Assembly: GCA_016699935.1 (NCBI GenBank)
Contig: CP064992.1
Location: 690,001 to 722,000, forward strand
From: Candidatus Saccharimonadota bacterium
Lineage (GTDB): Bacteria > Patescibacteriota > Saccharimonadia > Saccharimonadales > UBA4665
Direction of reading: 5' to 3'
Length of the DNA stretch: 32,000 nucleotides
Made by a program: the position numbers and the translations under genes. Below, in pieces: positions 1-8,343 of this stretch (positions are counted from its first letter, which is position 1; the number at the start of each line of letters is the position of its first letter). The notes beneath the pieces were generated by a model. The model saw only the letters and a list, made by a program, of their open reading frames with translations, was not told where the DNA came from and did not search any database.

Positions 1-261
1 CCAGTACTACACTGCTTTGTACTAATGCCGGTGTCATCTCTACCTGTGATGCCACAGTTGTTGCCCCAACAGCTACTAACTTCATTCAGAACCAAACAGC
101 CTCCACCCAAACAGCTGGCTTCAAGATCGATGGTACTGGTACAGCCGGTACCTTAGTCAGTACGACTGCTGTCAAGCCCGCTGTTTGACACCGCCACAGG
201 CGTAGCTTTAAACATCGGTACCACCAATGCCACCCAGATTAACCTCAATCAAAACACTGTC

Positions 262-1341
262 GTGGCAGCTGGTAAAACCATCCGTATCACAGGCGACACT
301 CGTACCAACATCAATGCCATTGGTTCACCCACAGAAGGCATGATGACGTACGACACAACAAACAAGCAGCTCCTCACCTACTCTAACGGCAAATGGCAAG
401 CTGACCGAAGCGAAGCCATCTTGGTTGCCGCCAGTGACAGCTCAGATGCCGACAAAGCCTCAGCTGACTATGTAGCTGATGGTAACACTGGTGCAGCCCT
501 TGATGGTGACCAAGTGCAGATCAACGACGCTCTTACGGCTGCCAGTGCTTCAGGTACCCGTAAGACCGGTAAGGTTTACCTCTTCGCTGGTACGTACACT
601 GCTGATGCCACTATCCTCATCCCGAACGGTGTTACCCTCGCTGGTAGTGGTCAAAGCTCAGTCATAAAACTGGCAGACATTGATGCGACCGACAACCTCA
701 TCGAAAACAGTGACACGGCAACTGGTGCCAACATCACTATTCGTGACCTCCGCCTAGAAGGTCAACGCAACCTCAACACGGCTGGCACCCAGCACGGTAT
801 CTACCTGCTCGGCATGGGCAAAGAAACCAGCGGCAACAACGCCGTCAACGGCGCCTTCATTAGTAACGTCACCGTCTACTACTTCCGCACCGATGGTATC
901 CGCCTCGATACCTCCTCTCACAACACGATTACCAGCAGCATCTTCCGAGACAATGAGCAGTATGGTCTCTACATCCTGAATGTAAACTCCAAGTTCAACA
1001 GCATCACCGCTAACCAGTCAGAAGGCAACAACGTCGACGGCTTCCGACTCGAATCTGGCTACAGCAACACCTTCAGTGGTAACGTTGCCTACGACAATAC
1101 TTCGGCCGGTATGGCTATAGCCGGCAGCGCCAATAACAACAACATCGTCAATAACAACTTCCGCGGCAACAATGCCTATGGTATCTATGTCGGTGCTTCG
1201 ACCCTGAACAACATCAGCTCAAACAACATCCGGGGTGGTAGCACCTACGGTATCTATGTTTCTGGCTCAGACGGCAACACGGTAACGACAACAACATCTA
1301 TGACACTGGTAGCGCAACAACCAACAACGCTATCTACTTGA
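262..1341 (+). CDS. Gene A fragment: junction motif plus right-handed parallel beta-helix cassette A1 (pectate-lyase/NosD-like fold)
   Basis: TEGMMTYDTTNKQLLTYSNGKWQADRS is followed by stacked beta-helix rungs (NITIRDLRLEG, NTITSSIFRDN, NSITANQSEGN, NTFSGNVAYDN, NNIVNNNFRGN, NNISSNNIRGG). Nearly identical at nt level to 19022-19940 of gene C. The frame is open upstream to ~157. It ends through a 1-nt slip (ggtaacgac at ~1283 versus ggtaaacgac in C). Confidence 0.85.
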   Translation: MAAGKTIRITGDTRTNINAIGSPTEGMMTYDTTNKQLLTYSNGKWQADRSEAILVAASDSSDADKASADYVADGNTGAALDGDQVQINDALTAASASGTRKTGKVYLFAGTYTADATILIPNGVTLAGSGQSSVIKLADIDATDNLIENSDTATGANITIRDLRLEGQRNLNTAGTQHGIYLLGMGKETSGNNAVNGAFISNVTVYYFRTDGIRLDTSSHNTITSSIFRDNEQYGLYILNVNSKFNSITANQSEGNNVDGFRLESGYSNTFSGNVAYDNTSAGMAIAGSANNNNIVNNNFRGNNAYGIYVGASTLNNISSNNIRGGSTYGIYVSGSDGNTVTTTTSMTLVAQQPTTLST

Positions 1342-1952
1342 CTGATTCTGATCGTAACAGCATTAATGGCAACGTGATCGATGACACCTCAGCATCCACT
1401 AACAACTACGCCATCAATATCTTCAATAGCACCAGCAACAGTAACTACATATCTGGAAACATCCTCGGCGATAACGGTGCCGGTGTCACAGCTACCATTA
1501 ACGATGCTGCGACAGACACTACCTACGGTGGCCAGGCTACCGCCCTCAGCAGCACCGACATCCTCTTCAAACAGTCGGCTTCAACGGCCGCCTTCCAGAT
1601 CAAAATGCCAATGGCACCAGTATATTGAACATTGACTCAACAAACGGAGAACTTGAAGTCGGTAGCTACAATGGTGGTACTAACCCGGTAGCCGGTAAGA
1701 TAGTTATAGCTACTACTGCCAATGCCAATACTGTCACCCTGCAGTCGTCTACTCAGACTGGTAACTACACCCTCAGCATCCCAGCCTAACAGCTAATGCC
1801 AATGCATGTACCGACAACGCTATCTGCTCTGGTTACCTTGGCACTAGCACTGGTGTTCAGCTACAAGCTGCTACTCCTGGCACAGCTCAGACAGGTCACT
1901 TCAACATTACAGGTACAGGGATAGCTGGCACTAGCCTCCTCACCCCACTGCT
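389..1952. repeat. Copy 1 of ~1.56 kb near-identical beta-helix cassette (partner 18988-20557)
   Basis: Base-by-base comparison at offset 18601-18604 shows only scattered substitutions (e.g. 826-840, 981, 1134, 1548). There are three 1-nt length differences (~1283, ~1600, ~1787). Identity falls off after ~1950. Confidence 0.9.
1338..1628 (+). CDS. Gene A fragment: distal rungs of beta-helix A1
   Basis: DSDRNSINGNVIDDTSASTNNYAINIFNSTSNSNYISGNILGDNGAGV matches gene C residues encoded at ~19940-20230. It ends at a slip (gatcaaaatgcc versus gatccaaaatgc in C). Confidence 0.7.
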   Translation: MTDSDRNSINGNVIDDTSASTNNYAINIFNSTSNSNYISGNILGDNGAGVTATINDAATDTTYGGQATALSSTDILFKQSASTAAFQIKMPMAPVY

Positions 1953-1993
1953 GAACACCGCCACAGCCGTAGCCCTGAACATAGGCACCAACA

Positions 1994-2437
1994 ATGCCTC
2001 GTCAATTGATCTCAAAAGAATGTAAACATTGCTGCCAGCAAAACATTACCTTCGTTGCTGGCACAGGCGGCTTCGACCAACACAACTCTTCCGGCACCTT
2101 CCAAGCAGGAACAGGTGCCGTCAGCTTGAATGGAGATACGACGGTAGCCAGTGGCAAGAACCTGACTGTCACCAGTGGTACTACGGCACTGACTGGTACC
2201 ACCAACATAAACACTTCAGGTGCAGCCACCACCAGCATCGGTACTGGCACTGGCAATAACAGCATTGGTAATACCACAGGTACTCTTGGCCTAACCGGTA
2301 GTACAGTCACGGTTGCAGGCACCACTAGTATTAATACAACCGGTACCGGTACGACTACCATTGGCTCAGTCACGGCTGGTGCCGTTAGCATTACTTCAAT
2401 GCAGCTAGTAGCTTCACGACTAATACCGGTGCTCTAA
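1994..2437 (+). CDS. Gene A fragment: Thr/Gly-rich fibre repeat (only ~2035-2398 is in the true frame)
   Basis: QNITFVAGTGGFDQ...TGAVSLNGDTTVASGKNLTVTSGTTALTGTTNINTSGAATTSIGTGTGNNSIGNTTGTLGLTGSTVTVAG. Duplicated at 3006-3395. The Met-proximal codons are an out-of-frame artefact. Confidence 0.65.
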   Translation: MPRQLISKECKHCCQQNITFVAGTGGFDQHNSSGTFQAGTGAVSLNGDTTVASGKNLTVTSGTTALTGTTNINTSGAATTSIGTGTGNNSIGNTTGTLGLTGSTVTVAGTTSINTTGTGTTTIGSVTAGAVSITSMQLVASRLIPVL

Positions 2438-2438
2438 C

Positions 2439-2717
2439 CTGACCAGTGCCGCTGCTACCACCTGGAGCACAACGGCTGGTGCCCTAACACTGCAGGGTGC
2501 AGCTGGTGCTACCATTCGGTCGGCTGCTGGTGCGACATCCAGTGATGTCACCATAACTACCGGCGATGCCTCTGCTGGAGCCAGTGGTAACATCACCATA
2601 GATACTGGTACCTATACTAGTGGTACTCCTACTGTGAACATTGGAACAGGTGTCGCTGGTGCAGTTACCATCGGACGAGCTACCACCACCACTACTATCA
2701 AGGCTCTACCAAAGTAA
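2439..2717 (+). CDS. Gene A fragment without ATG (absent from ORF track)
   Basis: Own translation gives LTSAAATTWSTTAGALTLQGAAGATIRSAAGATSSDVTITTGDASAGASGNITIDTGTYTSGTPTVNIGTGVAGAVTIGRATTTTTIK. This continues ...NTGALT from the preceding fragment after a slip at acctg (~2438). Confidence 0.5.
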   Translation: MTSAAATTWSTTAGALTLQGAAGATIRSAAGATSSDVTITTGDASAGASGNITIDTGTYTSGTPTVNIGTGVAGAVTIGRATTTTTIKALPK

Positions 2718-2732
2718 CACCTCAGACATCGA

Positions 2733-3395
2733 CCAGTACTACACTGCTTTGTACTAATGCCGGTGTCATCTCTACCTGTGATGCCACAGTTGTTGCCCCA
2801 ACAGCTACTAACTTCATCAGAACCAAACAGCCTCCACCCAAACAGCTGGCTTCAAGATCGATGGTACTGGTACAGCCGGTACCTTAGTCGGTACGACTGC
2901 TGTCCAAGCCCGCTGTTTGACACCGCCACAGGCGTAGCTTTAAACATCGGTACCACCAATGCCACCCAGATTAACCTCAACAAAAACGTCAGTATTGCCG
3001 CCAACCAAAACATCACCTTCGTCGCCGGCACAGGCAACTTCGACCAATCAGCTAGCACCGGCACCTTCCAAACAGGAACAGGTGCCGTCAGCTTGAATGG
3101 AGATACGACAGTAGCCAGTGGCAAGAACCTGACTGTCACCAGTGGTACTACGGCACTGACCGGTACCACCAACATAAACACTTCAGGTGCTGCCACCACC
3201 AGCATCGGTACTGGCACTGGCAATAACAGCATTGGTAATACCACAGGTACCCTTGGCCTAACCGGTAGTACAGTCACGGTTGCAGGTAATACTAGTATTA
3301 ACACCACCGGTACCGGTACGACTACCATAGGCTCAGTCACAGCTGGTGCTGTTAGCATAACTTCAATGCTGCTAGTAGCATCACGACTAATACAG
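2733..3395. repeat. Composite internal duplicate in gene A: 2733-2981 matches 1-250, and 3006-3395 matches 2040-2430
   Basis: The strings match almost exactly (ccagtactacactgctttgtactaatgccggtgtcatctctacctgtgatgcc... at both 1 and 2733). The second unit lacks the ~1.75 kb beta-helix block that separates the two parts in the first unit. Confidence 0.85.
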
Positions 3396-3503
3396 GTAAC
3401 CTTACTCTTGACTCAGCAGCTGTACTGCAGCTGGGCGCTGCCAACGCCACAAGTATACTTATCGGTAAAACTGCTACTACGGCCACAGTCCAGGGCAGCT
3501 TGA
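2757..3503 (+). CDS. Gene A fragment (true frame only ~2905-3365): linker plus second copy of the Thr/Gly fibre repeat
   Basis: From SPLFDTATGVALNIGTTNATQINLNKNVSIAANQNITFVAGTGNFDQ... it parallels 181-250 and 2040-2398. The first ~50 and last ~45 codons are out-of-frame read-through. Confidence 0.55.
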   Translation: MPVSSLPVMPQLLPQQLLTSSEPNSLHPNSWLQDRWYWYSRYLSRYDCCPSPLFDTATGVALNIGTTNATQINLNKNVSIAANQNITFVAGTGNFDQSASTGTFQTGTGAVSLNGDTTVASGKNLTVTSGTTALTGTTNINTSGAATTSIGTGTGNNSIGNTTGTLGLTGSTVTVAGNTSINTTGTGTTTIGSVTAGAVSITSMLLVASRLIQVTLLLTQQLYCSWALPTPQVYLSVKLLLRPQSRAA

Positions 3504-4186
3504 CAGTCGGTGCCTCAGCCGGCACGGGTACATTTACTAACAACGGCGCCACGATTAATACCGAAAAGACTTATGGTGACTTTGCGGCAAGTGGCGCCAT
3601 GGATACAGCTGCTAACTCAGTAGATAAATATACTTACTTCAGCATTGGCCAGACGACTACCGGACGAACCATCACACTTCCAACACCAACAACCAGCCCA
3701 ACCTCTTTGTTTGGCCGTATAATTCACGTTAGCAACATCGGTAGCACAAGCTTTACTATCAGTGGATCACTCATCATGCCTGGCTATACCGCTACGTTTG
3801 TCTGGAGCAATACCGATGGTGTGGCAACTGGTGGTGAGTCATGGCAATATGCTGGAGACGGTGGTGGTTCGGGTAGCTACATCCAGAACCAAAACGCTCT
3901 GCAACAAGCTAGCAGCAATTTCTGGCTGAGTGGCACTGGCCGGGCCGATACTTCCATACTGACGCCAACGATAGACACCGCCACAGGCGTAGCCTTGAAC
4001 ATCGGCACCAGCGGCAGCCCGACAACAACACAGATCAACATAAACCAAAGCACTGTCCTGGCCTCTGGCAAAACCATCCTTGTGCTTCATAGGCGATACT
4101 CGTACCAACATCAATGCCATTGGTTCACCCACAGAAGGCATGATGACTTACGACACAACAAACAAGCAGCTCCTAACCTACGCTAA
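3500..4186 (+). CDS. Gene A fragment: spacer domain and linker module
   Basis: The frame is open upstream to ~3364 (SNAASSITTNTGNLTLDSAAVLQLGAANATSILIGK...). It contains YIQNQNALQQASSNFWLSGTG...LTPTIDTATGVALNIGTSGSPTTTQININQ, a linker module that recurs at least 5 times in genes A and C. Confidence 0.7.
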   Translation: MTVGASAGTGTFTNNGATINTEKTYGDFAASGAMDTAANSVDKYTYFSIGQTTTGRTITLPTPTTSPTSLFGRIIHVSNIGSTSFTISGSLIMPGYTATFVWSNTDGVATGGESWQYAGDGGGSGSYIQNQNALQQASSNFWLSGTGRADTSILTPTIDTATGVALNIGTSGSPTTTQININQSTVLASGKTILVLHRRYSYQHQCHWFTHRRHDDLRHNKQAAPNLR

Positions 4187-5351
4187 TGGCAAATGGCAAG
4201 CAGATAGATCCGACGCCGTACTTGTAGCTGCCAGCAACTCCAGTGAAGCCGACAAAGCTGCAGCAGATTATGTAGCAACCGGTTCGGGTGACCAGACAAC
4301 TATCCAGAGTGCCCTCGATAGTGCCGACCCGTCTGCTGGCACTCGAAAAAGCGGCAAGGTCTTGCTTTTTGCCGGTACCTACACGGTGACAGACACTATC
4401 AACATACCCGACAACACCACATTGACTGGTGCTGGCCGGGGCAGCCTTATCCAATTTGGTAATATCGCTGGCCAAAACAAAAACATGATTCAAAATAAGA
4501 ATACAACGGCAAGTACTGGTCTTGTACTTCGCGATATCCGACTCGACGGTAACAAGGCAACAAACACAACTGGCACGCAGCATGGCGTATATCTGCTTTC
4601 ATCAACGTTCCCAGGCTCAGGGGCAGGTGCTCGTATCGGCTCAGTAGTCCAAAACGTATGGGTGAGCAACTTTAGATCTAACGGCATATATGTACATAAC
4701 CAGTCCGGCAATAGCAACATTAGTAATAACATGGTGCAAGACAACGCAGCTATCGGTATCGCCGTGCAATCCGCACACGCAAATAACGTTACAAACAACT
4801 ATGTTGTTGGTAATGCTACTGACGGCATATGGGTATCTGGCTCCAGCTACAACGTAATAAGTATGAATAACGTCAATTCCAATACAAACCGAGGAATAGT
4901 CGTCGACGGTAGCGCGAACAGCAACACAATCAACAGCAATGCTCTAAAAGACAACGGCACCGGAACTGAAGCTAGTATTCTAGTGTTAAATGCTGCAACG
5001 ACACTTATTTCCAATAACGCGATTACAGATAATACCGGCGCATCTGCTTACGCAATAGACATTGATCCAACTGCTACAAACGTGTATATAGCCAACAACT
5101 CTTTAGTGGGTACGGCGGTTACGAACGGTGTGAGAGATCAGGGTACAAATACGACAATAGGTGGCCAGCTGAATAATGTTATGGGTACAGGGTCGTATGT
5201 TATCCAAAACGCTGGAGGTGTATCAATAAGTAGTTCTAACAAAGCTGTTTCCAGCGCAGTAAGCATTCAAAGCGGTAATAGCACGGCTGGTACCGCTGCT
5301 ACTGTAAGCATAGATACTGGTACAAGTACTGGAGTGGTACAAGCAATATAA
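4080..5351 (+). CDS. Gene A fragment: junction motif plus second, divergent beta-helix cassette A2
   Basis: IGDTRTNINAIGSPTEGMMTYDTTNKQLLTYANGKWQADRS (nt 4092-4202, close to 292-402) is followed by a different set of rungs: LVLRDIRLDGN, VQNVWVSNFRSNG, NSNISNNMVQDN, NNVTNNYVVGN, YNVISMNNVNSN, NSNTINSNALKDN, TTLISNNAITDN. Confidence 0.85.
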   Translation: MCFIGDTRTNINAIGSPTEGMMTYDTTNKQLLTYANGKWQADRSDAVLVAASNSSEADKAAADYVATGSGDQTTIQSALDSADPSAGTRKSGKVLLFAGTYTVTDTINIPDNTTLTGAGRGSLIQFGNIAGQNKNMIQNKNTTASTGLVLRDIRLDGNKATNTTGTQHGVYLLSSTFPGSGAGARIGSVVQNVWVSNFRSNGIYVHNQSGNSNISNNMVQDNAAIGIAVQSAHANNVTNNYVVGNATDGIWVSGSSYNVISMNNVNSNTNRGIVVDGSANSNTINSNALKDNGTGTEASILVLNAATTLISNNAITDNTGASAYAIDIDPTATNVYIANNSLVGTAVTNGVRDQGTNTTIGGQLNNVMGTGSYVIQNAGGVSISSSNKAVSSAVSIQSGNSTAGTAATVSIDTGTSTGVVQAI

Positions 5352-5452
5352 ATATAGGCACAACAAACGCTGGGGCGGTAACAATCGGAAAAGCAGCTGG
5401 CACAACAGCAATAAACCTAAAATCTAGCACAATAAACGTTGGTATCGCTACG

Positions 5453-6901
5453 GTGGCAACGACTATTCAGGGTGTAACGCAGACTACAGCTGCAACAGCC
5501 GGTGCGGCACTTACTATTCAGGGTTCTACTGGCAATACAACTGGGGCAGGTGGCATTGTAACAATTGTGGGTGGAACGGGCGGTGCAACCAACGCCAACG
5601 GCGGTAACTTAGTGCTGAGTGGTGGCGCCAAAACTGGCGCAGGTACTCAGGGCTTGGTAACGATCTCCACGAGTGCATTTACATCTTCTACTACCCAAAG
5701 TTTCGGAAGCTCTGCAAGCCTTACGGCAGGCTTAGTCGATCAGTACAGTAGCATACCTGTAACCGCAACAGCGTCTGGAGTTACCGTAACTATACCTGCG
5801 CCAGCTGCTGTAAACCAAGTAGTTGGTAGATTGCTATATGTCGCAAACGTGGGCGTAACAAACGACTTCAACATTTTATTAACTGGCACAAGCGTAACTG
5901 TGGCGCTCAAACCGAATAGTACGGCAACACTTATATGGAATGGCAACGGCTGGACGGCAGCTGGCGCATCGAGTGCGACTGACCTTCAGGCTGCTTATAA
6001 CAACACACAGACGAGTGCTGGTGGGGCGGAAATTGTTCTTAGATCTACCCTTGATACGCCAACGGGCACGGGAGGATTAACCATTCGAAATAATGACACG
6101 CTACCAATTTCTGGCGGGTTGCTCGAAATACAAAGTTCTATTGGCACAAACCTCTTTAGCGTCAACGGCTATGGTAGTGAGTTAGCTGCCAATGGTGGCG
6201 CAGAAACAAAGGGTGTCAGCGACATCACCTTCCCAGCAAGTACTTGGAGTAGCCAGAACACTGGTGCTGTTAGCCGTACGATAACTTCTGGGGAATTCCA
6301 AACGGGTATTGCTGGAGTAAAGATTGGCACCACAGGCTCCAACCAGGGTGCACGCAACCAGTTGACAGCCAACCCAGTCGCGAGCACCACCTACACGGTG
6401 TCATTCACGGCGGCGTCTAGCACAGCTGGCACAGGCACCACACCTATAGAAGTCATCTACTCACCCGATAACGGTACGACCCTTACCAACCTATGCCAAG
6501 GATACGGCAATGGTTTTACAAACTCTCGTACGATTTCCAACTACACAACAGTCAACTGGACGAAGGTGACATGTACCGTTACTACGACCGGTGCGGCCGT
6601 AACGACACCGCTACTCATCATCCGTCAAACAGATGCTACTACCCGGACTATTTACGTCGATAACCTCAGTATGATCCGTAACGATGCAACAACACGGCCA
6701 TCCAGTGTCCAAATCGGCGGCGGCAACACTGGTGGCCAGGTAACACTCTTTACCTTTGACCGATCCAGCGCGGCCCCGCTTGTGTCTGGTAGTGATGATC
6801 GTTATCTCGGCTCTATGTATTACGACACGACACTTGGCAACATCAATGTTACGAAGCCGATGGTTGGGGAGCTTGTGGTAGTGCGCCAGATAATATCGTG
6901 A
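5453..6901 (+). CDS. Gene A fragment: Gly/Thr spacer, CBM4/9 (CenC)-like carbohydrate-binding-type module, junction motif
   Basis: ELAANGGAETKG...STWSSQNTGAVSRTITSGEFQTG...TTYTVSFTAAS...VNWTKVTCTVTT...RTIYVDNLSM (~6145-6675) follows the pattern of CBM_4_9 modules. It ends ...GSMYYDTTLG at a slip. Confidence 0.85.
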   Translation: MATTIQGVTQTTAATAGAALTIQGSTGNTTGAGGIVTIVGGTGGATNANGGNLVLSGGAKTGAGTQGLVTISTSAFTSSTTQSFGSSASLTAGLVDQYSSIPVTATASGVTVTIPAPAAVNQVVGRLLYVANVGVTNDFNILLTGTSVTVALKPNSTATLIWNGNGWTAAGASSATDLQAAYNNTQTSAGGAEIVLRSTLDTPTGTGGLTIRNNDTLPISGGLLEIQSSIGTNLFSVNGYGSELAANGGAETKGVSDITFPASTWSSQNTGAVSRTITSGEFQTGIAGVKIGTTGSNQGARNQLTANPVASTTYTVSFTAASSTAGTGTTPIEVIYSPDNGTTLTNLCQGYGNGFTNSRTISNYTTVNWTKVTCTVTTTGAAVTTPLLIIRQTDATTRTIYVDNLSMIRNDATTRPSSVQIGGGNTGGQVTLFTFDRSSAAPLVSGSDDRYLGSMYYDTTLGNINVTKPMVGELVVVRQIIS

Positions 6902-7437
6902 CTTTGACGCCAGAATATTCAAACGCCGTACTAAGTGCGCCAGGAACTTTGGGTGGTAGCTTTACTGCTACTGGCGTGGGTACACTGACGGCCGACTTCT
7001 GCTCCAACCAGGGTAGTGTTCTTCAGGTCAACACCAGCTTCTGTGCATCTGGCATTGCCCGCAACTACTACCGCTGGACTTCACCGCAGGCCAGCCCTCA
7101 GACATACAGTATTTATGTGTCTTACAAGTTGCCCAGTACGTTCAAGGGCTTTTATGATGACAATACCATCAAGCTAACTGGCCTGCGCGATCATGCGACC
7201 AATTCGACAGCAGCACTAAGTGTCTTCAGGAGTACTGGTAGTGCAGTGACACAATGTGGATCGACCACCACAGTCACAACAAGTACCAGCAACTGGACGA
7301 CGACTAGTTTAACAGGTAACGAAACTTCGTGTAGTTTTGCCGCCAGTGACGTTGTGCTCTTCAAGATTGATGTTACGGCTCAAAGCAATGCCAACGTTTA
7401 TATAGAAAACCTTGAGTTTAGGTATACCAATAAGTAA
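6898..7437 (+). CDS. Gene A fragment: C-terminal ~180-aa domain
   Basis: It continues the junction motif (HQCYEADGWGACGSAPDNIV|TLTPEYS...). The sequence alternates in a beta-strand-like way and ends ...VYIENLEFRYTNK, followed by TAA. Confidence 0.8.
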   Translation: MTLTPEYSNAVLSAPGTLGGSFTATGVGTLTADFCSNQGSVLQVNTSFCASGIARNYYRWTSPQASPQTYSIYVSYKLPSTFKGFYDDNTIKLTGLRDHATNSTAALSVFRSTGSAVTQCGSTTTVTTSTSNWTTTSLTGNETSCSFAASDVVLFKIDVTAQSNANVYIENLEFRYTNK

Positions 7438-7444
7438 GGAAATA

Positions 7445-7479
7445 GAGTCATGAGACAAGAGACATGAGTCAAGATAAGA
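7445..7479. repeat. Heptad tandem repeat tract c (GAGWCAT-like x5)
   Basis: gagtcat gagacaa gagacat gagtcaa gataaga. It starts 8 nt after the gene A stop. Confidence 0.6.
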
Positions 7480-7729
7480 AAGAAAAAGGAAAATAATATG
7501 AAAAATTACCAAACCACAATACCACCTCCTAGGACAGCGCGAGCCATTCGGGCGGGACCGGCTGGCTTTTTCTGGGAGCCTCCTTGGCTACCGGGTAAAC
7601 AAAATACACACAAAAATTCCAAAACACAATCAAATCCTCCTGCGTTTCACTCCTTCCATCAATCTGTTTACAGACTGCTGGAAAGCGGAAACTACGGCGG
7701 ACAAACAAAAAAATACAAAGGAAGTTAAA

Positions 7730-7852
7730 ATGAAAAAGGAAAGAAAAAGGCAAGACGATAGAGTGCTGAAGCGACTGCCGCAAAATGAGCGGCGGAAGCA
7801 GGTGCGCTTGCGTCGCCAGATACAGAGTGATCCATTGTTCTCGCTGGCATAG
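7730..7852 (+). CDS. Possible 40-aa basic small ORF (MKKERKRQDDRVLKRLPQNERRKQVRLRRQIQSDPLFSLA)
   Basis: ATG is preceded by aaggaag. Its stop lies 13 nt before heptad tract a, the same layout seen after the gene A and brnA stops. There is no homology I recognise. Confidence 0.2.
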   Translation: MKKERKRQDDRVLKRLPQNERRKQVRLRRQIQSDPLFSLA

Positions 7853-7864
7853 CCAGGGGAAACA

Positions 7865-7991
7865 GAGATATGAGATTAGAGACATGAGTCAAGAGTCATG
7901 AGACATGAGACATGAGTCATGAGTGAATCCCAAAAAAACAAACACAAAAACTCGCTAAAAATCCCAGGTGAAAATCCTGGGATTTTGCTAT
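7865..7991. repeat. Intergenic module R1, copy a: 9 heptads (7865-7927), A/C-rich tract, then hairpin
   Basis: gagatat gagatta gagacat gagtcaa gagtcat gagacat gagacat gagtcat gagtgaa, then atcccaaaaaaacaaacacaaaaactcgct and the hairpin. Positions 7890-7991 align with 8898-8990, apart from one heptad and differences in A-run length. Confidence 0.8.
7958..7986. terminator. Hairpin with flanking A/T runs (bidirectional rho-independent terminator-like) in R1a
   Basis: aaaatcccagg-tgaaaat-cctgggatttt: an 11-bp perfect stem with a 7-nt loop, A-run 5' and T-run 3'. Confidence 0.55.
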
Positions 7992-8078
7992 TTCTAACTT
8001 CAATTCGACATAAGCATACCTCAAAGACTCTACTCGCCGTCAGCAGCGATGCGAGAGCAGCGCCTTGGGGGTGGGGAA

Positions 8079-8109
8079 CTTTTTGGCTGGATTTACTCCA
8101 GCCAAAAAG
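8079..8109. terminator. Perfect 12-bp stem hairpin, terminator-like
   Basis: ctttttggctgg-atttact-ccagccaaaaag. Flanked by gtggggaa and tggggaga. Confidence 0.4.
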
Positions 8110-8219
8110 TGGGGAGAAACTCGACCCCTCCACTCTCTGAGGTCGACAGTTGTTTCGAACTCAGGCTATTTCTAAGCAATAAACTTGAGTCTCAAAACAG
8201 TCTCTTCTGTACTTGTGTC

Positions 8220-8276
8220 ATTCCCGCGACGGCGGGAATCCATTTCTTATATCCGGATCCCAGCCTTTGCTGGGAT
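8220..8276. repeat. Pair of REP-like 8-bp-stem hairpins
   Basis: attcccgc-gacg-gcgggaat (8220-8239) and atcccagc-cttt-gctgggat (8257-8276). The second stem is the same ATCCCAG/CTGGGAT stem used by the R1 hairpins. Confidence 0.6.
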
Positions 8277-8311
8277 AACAACCTGGGGTTTTGAGATTTA
8301 GGTTAATAATA

Positions 8312-8340
8312 ATTGACATTAAGTATACATTGTCATATGC
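8312..8340 (+). promoter_or_regulatory. Sigma70-like promoter with embedded inverted repeat upstream of brnT (putative BrnA operator)
   Basis: TTGACA (8312-8317), 17-nt spacer, TATGCT (8335-8340). TGACA-N12-TGTCA with central GTATAC spans the spacer. The start codon follows within 4-7 nt, so either the mRNA is leaderless or the call is wrong. Confidence 0.35.
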
Positions 8341-8343
8341 TGA

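Larger units (their letters stand above)
1..7437 (+). other. Reconstructed giant surface-protein gene A (5' end outside window; ~2470 codons inside it), tail-fibre/tailspike-like mosaic
   Basis: Manual six-frame reading. Each fragment (262-1341, 1338-1628, 1994-2437, 2439-2717, 2757-3503, 3500-4186, 4080-5351, 5453-6901, 6898-7437) continues in an adjacent frame with the same Thr/Gly/Asn/Ala-rich sequence style. Example: 5453-6901 ends ...YLGSMYYDTTLG and the next frame reads HQCYEADGWGACGSAPDNIVTLTPEYSNAVLS straight into 6898-7437. Final stop TAA at 7435-7437. Confidence 0.6.

Noticed and set aside
389-1952. Diversity-generating retroelement (template/variable repeat pair) as an explanation for the near-identical 1.56-kb copies in genes A and C
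   Set aside because: The differences are not adenine-specific: C/T, G/C and indel differences are all present. The repeat is about ten times longer than DGR TR/VR pairs. No reverse transcriptase gene is present in the window.
2002-3552. Antisense ORFs inside the giant genes (2002-2391, 2852-3358, 3352-3552; likewise 3839-4141, 4173-4583, 10464-10811, 10977-11216, 13483-13713 and others)
   Set aside because: They mirror the Thr/Gly-rich sense codons, giving Val/Pro-rich low-complexity peptides. They have no motifs and lie entirely within better-supported + strand coding sequence.
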